A stretch of DNA of 64,000 nucleotides from a virus. Made by a program: the position numbers and the translations under genes. How positions within the stretch are numbered: the first letter of the stretch is position 1; every line of letters begins with the position of its first letter. A model generated the notes under the pieces. The model made no database searches, was not told where the DNA came from, and was given only the letters and a program-made list of their open reading frames with translations. This document shows positions 35,966 through 43,744 of the stretch, one piece after another. Location of the stretch: the IMG/VR virus record IMGVR_UViG_3300036827_000193, positions 1 to 64,000 of that record; one strand, 5' to 3'.

Positions 35966-37432
35966 TCAGAACTTGATGATGAAATTGGTGACGCTGGTCG
36001 GCTGGGTGTTCTGGTGGGCCTGGTCGGAGCCGGCCGAGGCGGTGCTGCCGCTCAGCGTGCCGCTGGCGCTGCTGTTGGCGCTGATGCCGGTCAGGGCGGT
36101 GTTGGTCGCAACGTTGATGACCGATCCGCCGTTGCCGGAGTTGTTGAAGCCGGAAAAGCCGCTCGAGCCGCCGCCGGACGCATAAATGGCAACGGCGTTG
36201 TGCTGGTGGCCCGGGTCATTGATGCTGGTGCCGACGGCGATGCCGACGCTCAAGCCGACATTGCTGTGAACGTGCGCGGCCAACTGCGCGGTGACCAGCG
36301 TGACGGTCTGCGAGCCGCCCGAGGCATTGAGCGCGATGCCGTTGATGCCGGCGCCCGCTGTCGTCAGGCGGCCGGCTGCCGCGGAGCCGGCGACACCCAT
36401 GTTGTCACGCCCGGCGAGCGTGCGGCCCTTGCCATCGCCGAGCTGGAACGTGGTCGCGCCATCGCCATTGCCGTAGGGATAGGCGAGGAAGCTCTGCGCC
36501 GAGCCCGAGGAGGTCGCGTTGCCGCTGAGCGCCATCGAGGTCGCCGCGATCGAGGTGATGGTCAGCGCGTTGACGCCGGTGCCTTCGAGCACCGCGCCTT
36601 CGAGCCCGAGGTTGCGCAGGTCGACGGGGATGCTGGTGATGGTGTTGACGCCGAGCGCCACAGTGCCGGTGAAGGCGGCGCGCAGGGCTGCGAGCAGGTT
36701 CGGATATGTCGCGCGTGACACGATCTGGCCGTTGCGCCAGAGAAAGCCCGCCGGCAGCGCGACGCCGTCATAGGGCAGCACGGTTCCGGGCGGGATCAGC
36801 GCCACGCCGGCCTGCTGGAGCTGGTTGGGCGCCAGGATATTGACGATGCTCGGTGCGCTCGCGCCGGGCCCGGTGACCTGCAGCACGTCGCTGCCGTTGA
36901 TCGAGAGCCGGTAGTCCTGGGTGCCGTTGCGGTACCAGCCGGTGCCGGTCTCGTTGACGTTCGAATAGGCCGGCGCAGCGGCGCTGCCGTCCGGCATCTG
37001 CACCTGCTGGCTGTTGAACGGCGACACCACGATGGCGTCGGCGCCGTCGCACTGCACCAGTTGCCAGCCTGAATTCTGCGGGATGAGCACGCTCGCGCCA
37101 GATGGCGTCTTCATCGTCAGCGTGAAGGCGCCCGACGTTGCGTTGTTGACCCACCACCATTTGGTGAGGTTGGGCACCTTGACGATCTGGTTCGAGCCGA
37201 GCGCGCCGTTAAAGATCAGCGCCGCGTAGCGCGCCTGCGATGCCGCTGCCGGCGGCGGCGTGCCGGAGAGGTCGAGCGTGCCGCCGGTGATGCTTGAGGT
37301 CAGCGCATTGGCAATCGCGTCCTCGAAAATCTGGAACACGGCGCTGTTGGCGTTGGCGCCCCACGAATTATTATCATTGCCGGTGCCCATCAGCAGGACA
37401 CCGATCGTGCTGGAGAAGGTGTCTGCGGTCAT
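35966..37432 (-). CDS. Tail fibre protein with collar domain
   Basis: PPGTVLPYDG..LPAGFL..NGQ.VSRATYPNL, GNGDGATTF, AHQNTQP....NFIIK. Confidence 0.85.
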   Translation of the reverse strand: MTADTFSSTIGVLLMGTGNDNNSWGANANSAVFQIFEDAIANALTSSITGGTLDLSGTPPPAAASQARYAALIFNGALGSNQIVKVPNLTKWWWVNNATSGAFTLTMKTPSGASVLIPQNSGWQLVQCDGADAIVVSPFNSQQVQMPDGSAAAPAYSNVNETGTGWYRNGTQDYRLSINGSDVLQVTGPGASAPSIVNILAPNQLQQAGVALIPPGTVLPYDGVALPAGFLWRNGQIVSRATYPNLLAALRAAFTGTVALGVNTITSIPVDLRNLGLEGAVLEGTGVNALTITSIAATSMALSGNATSSGSAQSFLAYPYGNGDGATTFQLGDGKGRTLAGRDNMGVAGSAAAGRLTTAGAGINGIALNASGGSQTVTLVTAQLAAHVHSNVGLSVGIAVGTSINDPGHQHNAVAIYASGGGSSGFSGFNNSGNGGSVINVATNTALTGISANSSASGTLSGSTASAGSDQAHQNTQPTSVTNFIIKF

Positions 37433-38331
37433 GGGATTTCCGGATCAAGCTCGAGGCCGCGGTACTGCATGTCGTTCTCGGCGCTGATCTTCTCGATCAT
37501 CGCGACAAGCCGCGTGAATTGTTTCTGGTATTCCTCGCTGTCCTTCATGAAGTCGGCGGCTGCCGCGACGCAGGCGACGCGCATCAGGTTGGGATAGCGA
37601 TCGGTCAGGAAATTGCTCTCGTTCGAGGCCGAGAGCAGCGGCAGGCTCTGGTAGTATTGCAGCCGGCACAGCGAGGCCTGGAAGAACGCGGCATCGAAAT
37701 AAAGCCGCTCGTTCCAGATCCCGAAGTAGACCGGCGAGCCCGCCGTGAGCACGTCGCAGATGTAATTGACCGCAGCGCCGCCGCCGGTGCCCGAGCCGCT
37801 CGGCGCGCTGCCAAGGCTCGCGACGTCGATCGTGAAGGTGCTGGCGTCGAGGATTGCGGTAACCGGAAACGTGCCGGCTATGGTGACGCCGTTGAAGGCA
37901 GACGCGCCGCTGGTGTTGAACACCGAGTCCTGGGTGAAGCCATGCGCGGTGAGCGCCACCGTGACGGTGTACGAGCCGCTCGCCGTGGTGAACGGATCGG
38001 TGCCGAGCGTGCCCGAGGTCTCCGCATAGCTGCGGCTGTTCTGCAGCAGGCCTGAATCCTTGTGGCGGATGAAAGTGTTGAAACTCGACACGAAGATGCG
38101 GCCGATCGGATCGAGAAAGCGCGGCGGCAATGGCGTGTAGGAGCCGTTGACCGCCATCGCAAACTGCGTCGCCGTCATCATCTCGCGGCAGCGCATGCGG
38201 CCTTCGCCGTAGATCAGCGCCTGCGCCTCATCGACGATCACGGTGGGTTGCAGCTTGGAATAGTTGACCCATGACGCGATCGAGCCCGTCACGGACTTGT
38301 CCGCGACGAGGCTGGTGTATGTCATCGCCAT
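37429..38331 (-). CDS. Head-tail adaptor protein with an inserted beta domain
   Basis: YTSLV..IASW, RMRCREM, PLPPRFL, NFLTDRYPNL; position after the head genes. Confidence 0.7.
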   Translation of the reverse strand: MAMTYTSLVADKSVTGSIASWVNYSKLQPTVIVDEAQALIYGEGRMRCREMMTATQFAMAVNGSYTPLPPRFLDPIGRIFVSSFNTFIRHKDSGLLQNSRSYAETSGTLGTDPFTTASGSYTVTVALTAHGFTQDSVFNTSGASAFNGVTIAGTFPVTAILDASTFTIDVASLGSAPSGSGTGGGAAVNYICDVLTAGSPVYFGIWNERLYFDAAFFQASLCRLQYYQSLPLLSASNESNFLTDRYPNLMRVACVAAAADFMKDSEEYQKQFTRLVAMIEKISAENDMQYRGLELDPEIP

Positions 38332-38367
38332 GGCTCAACCTCCGCCGCGCGCGGCGCCGCAAACGGC

Positions 38368-38937
38368 TTACGACTGCGGCAGCAACCGCTTGAACTGCGG
38401 GCAGAGCTCGTCTTCGGGGATCAGCTTTTCGTCGCGCACCAGGTCCTCGATCAACGAGCGCATGAACTGGTCGCCGGCCGAATAGTTCTTGTGGTAGCGC
38501 TTCTTCGCCGCCATGCGCAGTTGGAACGGCTGGTATCTGACTTCGCCACGCAGAAAGGATTCGAAATTGACATCGTCCTCGGCGCTGCCGCCGCTGCCTT
38601 CGACCGGCTCGGCGAGCCCGTCATCCTCGACCGGCGCAAGGCTCGTTGCCGTGGCAAGACGGCTGCGCTTGGCGGCGAGATAGGCGCGCATCGATGTGTT
38701 GTAGAGCGGGTGATACTCGATCGGCTTGCCTTCGGGGCCCATGCCGATGAACTTGACGTCCTTGCCGTCGTCGGCGACGAGCTCGCCATTGCTGTCGAAC
38801 GGCAGCAGCACGGTGTCACGGCCGACCTTGCCGCCCTGCCAGAAATGCACGCGATAAAGCGGATCGTCCGGTGTGCGCTCGCCGCGGCATTCCCCGAATG
38901 GCCTGCTGCGATCAAGACGGATCAGGGTTTCACTCAT
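38368..38937 (-). CDS. Phage hypothetical protein
   Basis: ATG 38937 with GGAG RBS, RLDRSRPFG. Confidence 0.7.
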   Translation of the reverse strand: MSETLIRLDRSRPFGECRGERTPDDPLYRVHFWQGGKVGRDTVLLPFDSNGELVADDGKDVKFIGMGPEGKPIEYHPLYNTSMRAYLAAKRSRLATATSLAPVEDDGLAEPVEGSGGSAEDDVNFESFLRGEVRYQPFQLRMAAKKRYHKNYSAGDQFMRSLIEDLVRDEKLIPEDELCPQFKRLLPQS

Positions 38938-39039
38938 GAAGACTCCACTCTTTTCGGTTTGTGGTGTATGAAAAACATGCGGCCCCCAACGGCGCTTCAA
39001 CGCCGATGAGGGCCTAACCTCGGTGCACGGAGCTAACCC

Positions 39040-39588
39040 ATGACCAAGGCTGACACAGCCTACATTAGATTCATTGACGCAGGGCGGCGGTTTAACCGCC
39101 TTACCGCCATCGAATTTGTCGGCTACGAAGCGACGCCGCGCAGAAAGCCGCTCTGGCGTTTTCGGTGTGACTGCGGGAACGAGTGCATCAGCCGCACCGA
39201 GAGCGTCAGAAGCGGGAATACAAAAAGCTGCGGATGTCAAAAGGTCGACAGCACTCGGAGGGTTGGCCATGCCAATTTTGTGCACGGCCAGAGCGACACG
39301 AGGATTTACCGAATCTGGCACGCCATGCTGCATCGCTGCAGCAACCCGAAGAATGAAAAATTTGAATACTATGGCGGTCGCGGAATTTCGGTTTGCCGCG
39401 AATGGCACTCAATCCACGATTTCAGAGATTGGGCGCTGGCCAATGGTTACGCCAAGAACCTCACGATCGACCGGTATCCCGACAAAGACGGAAACTACGA
39501 GCCCCGCAATTGCCGGTGGGTGACGATAGAAGAGCAGCAGACGAACCGCCGCCCGCGCCGCTGGTTGAAACGACCCCCCGTCGCGTGA
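39040..39588 (+). CDS. Free-standing HNH-like homing endonuclease
   Basis: WRFRCDCG, TKSCGC, YGGRGISVC.EW, TIDRYPDKDGNYEPRNCRW; paralog of 15856..16482. Confidence 0.85.
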   Translation: MTKADTAYIRFIDAGRRFNRLTAIEFVGYEATPRRKPLWRFRCDCGNECISRTESVRSGNTKSCGCQKVDSTRRVGHANFVHGQSDTRIYRIWHAMLHRCSNPKNEKFEYYGGRGISVCREWHSIHDFRDWALANGYAKNLTIDRYPDKDGNYEPRNCRWVTIEEQQTNRRPRRWLKRPPVA

Positions 39589-39616
39589 CGAGGGGTCGCA
39601 TTCGCATTCACCCAAA

Positions 39617-39928
39617 TCAATGATTCGGGATGATCACATGGCGGACCTTGCCAGCAGCACCGACTTCCTCATTCACCGCCGAGGAGCCGGTCAGCGAGTG
39701 CTTGAGGTTGTCGACGCTGCCGCCGAAGCCGCCCTCGTCCTGCAGCGAGGTCTCGATGTCCATCGCCAGCTTGACGTTGTCCATCGCAAAGGCGGTCATG
39801 ATCGACTGGTCCGGACGATCGATCTTCTTGGAGACGATCTCGTTCGAGGGACCGCTGCCGCCGGTGAGCGCGTGGGAGATGAAGCCCTCCGCACCCTTCG
39901 CCGGACGGTCCTTGCCGTATTTGGCCAT
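39617..39928 (-). CDS. Phage hypothetical protein
   Basis: AAGGAGG RBS; 103 aa. Confidence 0.7.
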   Translation of the reverse strand: MAKYGKDRPAKGAEGFISHALTGGSGPSNEIVSKKIDRPDQSIMTAFAMDNVKLAMDIETSLQDEGGFGGSVDNLKHSLTGSSAVNEEVGAAGKVRHVIIPNH

Positions 39929-39939
39929 GGTTGGCCTCC

Positions 39940-40170
39940 TTATTGTTCGAAGCTTTGGTCAGGCCCCTGATAGGCGTACCCATCGGTGCCGGCGACCAGC
40001 GGGGGATTGCCCTGCGCTTGCGGGTTGGCCTTCGACAGCAAACTGAAGCCATCGCGCCCGGCATCGCCGGATTCGATGTCGTTCTCGCCGTAGTTCGTGA
40101 GCGGACGCGGATCGACCAGTTTGACCGGATCGTTCCGTCGTGCCGTGCCAAAGAAAAAGCCACCGCGCAT
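39940..40170 (-). CDS. Small phage hypothetical protein
   Basis: GGGAG RBS; fills the gap in the operon. Confidence 0.5.
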   Translation of the reverse strand: MRGGFFFGTARRNDPVKLVDPRPLTNYGENDIESGDAGRDGFSLLSKANPQAQGNPPLVAGTDGYAYQGPDQSFEQ

Positions 40171-40242
40171 GACGCAGTTCTCCCTTGCTGGAAAATGAAA
40201 ACGGAGAGGCGCTCAGGCCTCTCCGCCGTATGCGAGCGGGGC

Positions 40243-41001
40243 TTAGACCGTTTCCGGCCCGACCCACTGGACCTTGACGCGCGGGATGCCGCCGCCAGCG
40301 CCGGAGCCGGCGCCATTCGCCGCCAGCGTCACCACGACGACGAGCCACATGATGCCGCCGTTGGTGTAGGTGCCGGTGAAGGTCTTGGCGACCTCGATGT
40401 ACTGGAAGTTGGTATCGATCGCCGTGATGGCCATCAGGTTGGCGTTGGCGTTGGTGCCGCCGCCGACGATGCCCTGGGCCGAGACGAGTTGGCCCGTGAC
40501 AAGGTCCTTGAACGGCTGCTGGCCAGCCGCAAAGATGCGGCAGTGGCTGGAGTCGACACCCTGGACCACGGATGTGATCACCCAGCCGCTCGCCGGGATG
40601 CGGCCCGCCGGCACAACCGTGCCATAGGAGCCGCCGGCGATGCCCTTCGACGTCAGCGGTCCGCCGTCGAGGACGACGTGACCGGCGAAGTCGCTGAGCG
40701 CGCGCGGGGGATTACCCGTGATCGCTTCGGCGCTGGCGCGGTAGGGACCAACGCCATAGCCCGTTGCGGTCGCGGTGCCGAGCCGGTAGCGCCCGTAGGT
40801 GAAGTCACCCGACGAGATGCCAACCATGAGCTCGGGCACCGTGGTGGTGCCGACCATCGAGGTCGTGACATCGACCATCAGGTCGCGCACGAACCCGACT
40901 TTGCCGCGTGGGCCGACGATGTAGTGGACCACGCTTGCCGCAGCCCAGCCGGTCGATTCGGCCCACTGCTGCAGTTCGACGTCGGAGTTTTCGTATGCCA
41001 T
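40243..41001 (-). CDS. Putative capsid-associated (decoration) protein
   Basis: Directly after the capsid gene, GGAGG RBS, Gly/Thr-rich beta composition. Confidence 0.65.
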   Translation of the reverse strand: MAYENSDVELQQWAESTGWAAASVVHYIVGPRGKVGFVRDLMVDVTTSMVGTTTVPELMVGISSGDFTYGRYRLGTATATGYGVGPYRASAEAITGNPPRALSDFAGHVVLDGGPLTSKGIAGGSYGTVVPAGRIPASGWVITSVVQGVDSSHCRIFAAGQQPFKDLVTGQLVSAQGIVGGGTNANANLMAITAIDTNFQYIEVAKTFTGTYTNGGIMWLVVVVTLAANGAGSGAGGGIPRVKVQWVGPETV

Positions 41002-41016
41002 GTTCTGTTTCCTCCG

Positions 41017-43710
41017 TTACGCCGCGCTGTCCCACATCACGACCCGCGAGTTGAGCGAGTCGGTGTGGACCAAACCAAAACCGCCGAGGTAATTGATTGT
41101 GTTCACCCGTCGTCGCTAACGACGGGCCGAGACGACCTTTTTGTAGGTCAACTCTGCTGGCTCTTTCGAACCAGTCCAGACCATATCTTCAGTGACGCAA
41201 GTTGCTTTTTTGCGTTACTGCTGGGGGCTTCGGTGCGCTTGCACCTACGAGCTTTCGCTCTGGTCGTTGAAGCTTCCTCTGCGTGAGAGGCTCGCCTGCT
41301 GATTATCCAATCTCAGAACTTTTCAGGCCGTCACGCCTGCGGTCGCCCGCTACGTTGTGGCGTTCTGAGCTTTAGGAACTTCCAGCAATTCTCCCAGTTT
41401 TTACGCCTAGCATTATTCTCTACCAGGCGATGCCCCGGCTGCGACCGTAGTCGCCCGGGATCTTCGCGCGGACTTCCTCGGGTACGCACACGGCTTCAGT
41501 GACCGTGTCACCGCCGCAGAAGAACGCCCAGGAAGACAGGCCATTCGTCCACGGTTGCGCAACGCCGCTCCACGGATCGTACGACGTGGCATTCGCCGCG
41601 CCGCCCTTGGGAACGAACGTCTGCTCGATGAAGCGGCAGGACTCGTACCTGCCGATTTCGCCGTTGAAGATGTGCGCGAGACCGGTCTCGGTGTACTGGT
41701 GGATGGTCTCGAGCGAATTCTTGAAGTTGCGATACGTGGTCGGATGCGACACCGCCACGTAGTCATCCGCCGTGAACGGCGGAATGTTTCGCTCCTTCAT
41801 GGTGTCGACGATCGCCTTGACGTGCCCGGTACCGAGCGCGACGTTGTTCGTCACGGTTGCGGTGCCGTTGGTGTCGAGGTTGATGGCGGTCGTCGAAGTG
41901 CTGGAAGACGGCTCGGCGCGCAGCAGAGTGTTCTTGAACTGCAAGAACGACTCGATGTCGAAGTATTTGCGCGCGTCGTCCTTCAGCGTTTTGTCGATGA
42001 TCGCGGCGACCTGATGCTTCGCCAGCGCGACCAGCTTGCCGGTGTAGGGAACGCTATTCCCAGCTTCAAAGCAGAATTGTTCTTTGCCGCGGCTCTTTAT
42101 CCGCAGCCTCAACCGCTCGCGCGATTGCTCAGACTATCTCTTGCAGATTACTGTGATCTGCCCGGGCGCTCGTGGTCGGATTATTCTTTCGTCACCGACT
42201 AGTCGTTACGCCTTCCGCGCCCCTGGGGCTCTCGCCTTACATGCGCGACTTGGCTCGGGATTGTCTCTGAGAGAGGTTCCCCGAATTCACCCGGTGTTTC
42301 ACCTTACGCGGCGAGCGCGAAGGTGCGGCCTGTGTTGACCGTAAGCTGGTGTTGCAGCATGACGAACCCGGTCTCCGGGATCGGGGCGCTTTCGTCCAGC
42401 CGGCGGCCTTGCGTGCCGAGGTTGGAATAAACGTCCCAGTTGAACTTGTCGCCGCGGTTGAGGCCTTTCTTGGTGCCATCCTCGGCGTCGCAGAGCTGCC
42501 GCATCTTGGTCAGCGGCTGCACCTGCTGGCGGAGCACGTCCGACAATTCGTCGGAGTACATGAATCCGCCCTCAGTGGGGACTGCCTTTTGTTCGCACGA
42601 TCCCGTTTGTGGATCGTTCCTGCATCTTTCAATGCAGAGCAGACTATATCTTGAAATCTTCTGCCGGTATCCCACATACATCCCTAGCGGGGAAACACAT
42701 GCGCATCACCAAATCACAACTCGTCGCCCTCTACGCAAAGAGGACTGACGATCAAATCGGCAAGCTGTTCGGCGTAACCGGCCATTCAGTTGGCGATTGG
42801 CGACGGCATTATGGCATCCAGCGCAAACCAAGAGAGACTTACAACAAGTATACCCTTGATCGCGATTTTTTCGCGAAGATTGACACCGAAGAGAAGGCGT
42901 ACGCGCTCGGTCTTATAGCGTCCGATGGATGGGTGGCCCGATCTGGAAAGCAAGTGAGCCTTGCTCTTCAGGTTCGAGACCGGCACATCCTTTATGATCT
43001 TCGACGCGCCCTGAAGTCGGATGCTCGTGTCTTCGACAAGGCGAGAGGCGGCTTTGCCGGCTCTGGCCCGCGGAAACAGATTACCTTCGACAGCAAGAAG
43101 CTGGTCGCCGATCTGGCGCGCTGGGGTGTCATCCCCGGAAAATCAGTCACCCTCCGCTACCCCCGTATTCCGAAACATCTTGAGTGCCATTTTGCGCGAG
43201 GACTTTTTGACGGGGATGGGCACATTCGCGCCCACCCGAAAAAGCTCTTTTATTTTCTTGGCACTTCCGACCTGATCGACGGACTACGAAAGTCGATCAT
43301 CCGACATACGGGCGCGGCGCTCGCCAAGTACGAGGCCGTGGGCTGTTGGCGGATTTCTGGATACGGTGGCAGCGTCGCGGTGCTGCGGTGGATGTATGAA
43401 GATGCGACGATCTGCCTTCGCAGGAAGCATCGCGTCTTCTTGAGGTACTGGAAGTGATGTCCTGGGCGCTCGTGGGACCGATTATCGTCGGGGTCTCACA
43501 GTCCTAGTCGTTGAACCTTCCGAGCTACAGTTTCCCCTGCTCGGCTTGGCTGCTGATCGGCCAATCCCTGATCTTTTCGCGCATTCACGCTCGCCCTCTC
43601 GGGCCACGTTGTAGCGATCAAGGCTCTAAGGCTGTTCCAGCAATTCACCCAGTGCGCACTCTGAACTCGCATTCAGAGGGGGGCTAAGTTACCCACAATT
43701 GTCCTGCCAT
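41017..43710 (-). CDS. Major capsid protein (N4-gp56-like family), about 330 aa, four exons: complement(join(41017..41093,41422..42071,42338..42584,43692..43710))
   Basis: Joined frame reads MAGQLW/AVPTEGGFMYSDELSD...QHQLTV/FEAGNSVPYTGKL...GEIGRYE..RF...IPGDYGRSRGIAW/YYLGGFGLVH...VVMWDSAA*; AAAGGA RBS; follows the scaffold gene. Confidence 0.88.
41094..41421 (-). mobile_element. Group I intron 3 (328 nt, no ORF; two hairpins between P7 and P3, IA2-like); apparent terminal A
   Basis: P1 CGCCUGGU/GCUAGGCG with U.G; P AAUUGCUGGAA, Q AAUCAGCAG, R UUCAACGACCAG, S GAAGAUAUGGUCU (compensatory GACCA/UGGUC). Confidence 0.9.
42072..42337 (-). mobile_element. Group I intron 2 (266 nt, no ORF, canonical splice sites)
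   Basis: P1 CGGU|C/GGCCG with U.G; P AAUUCGGGGAA, Q AAUCCCGAGC, R GUAACGACUAG, S AAGAGAUAGUCU; ends ...AAUUCUG; removal restores GT|C TTT GAA. Confidence 0.92.
42585..43691 (-). mobile_element. Group I intron 1 (about 1107 nt) with an antisense LAGLIDADG ORF in the P8 loop
   Basis: P2 CUCUGAA/UUCAGAG, P3 CUGGGU/GCCCAG, P AAUUGCUGGAA, Q GAUCAGCAGC, R GUUCAACGACUAG, S AAGAUAUAGUCU, P9 UGCAU..GAAA..AUGCA; boundaries uncertain by 1 nt. Confidence 0.88.
42699..43457 (+). CDS. Double-motif LAGLIDADG homing endonuclease with N-terminal HTH
   Basis: AYALGLIASDG and HFARGLFDGDG; N-terminal DQIGKLFGVTGHSVGDWRRHYGI; GGGGA RBS before ATG 42699. Confidence 0.9.
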   Translation: MRITKSQLVALYAKRTDDQIGKLFGVTGHSVGDWRRHYGIQRKPRETYNKYTLDRDFFAKIDTEEKAYALGLIASDGWVARSGKQVSLALQVRDRHILYDLRRALKSDARVFDKARGGFAGSGPRKQITFDSKKLVADLARWGVIPGKSVTLRYPRIPKHLECHFARGLFDGDGHIRAHPKKLFYFLGTSDLIDGLRKSIIRHTGAALAKYEAVGCWRISGYGGSVAVLRWMYEDATICLRRKHRVFLRYWK

Positions 43711-43744
43711 CTGACAGGGTCCTTTCTCATGAATGCCCGTGCCG

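Noticed and set aside
41094-42337. Capsid inserts as inteins, group II introns, IS elements or plain pseudogene decay
   Set aside because: In-frame stops exclude inteins; no domain V or GUGYG start; no terminal repeats or transposase; P1/P7 pairings are intact
42586-43692. GT...AG ends at one possible intron 1 boundary
   Set aside because: No spliceosome in bacteria; a complete group I core explains the insert
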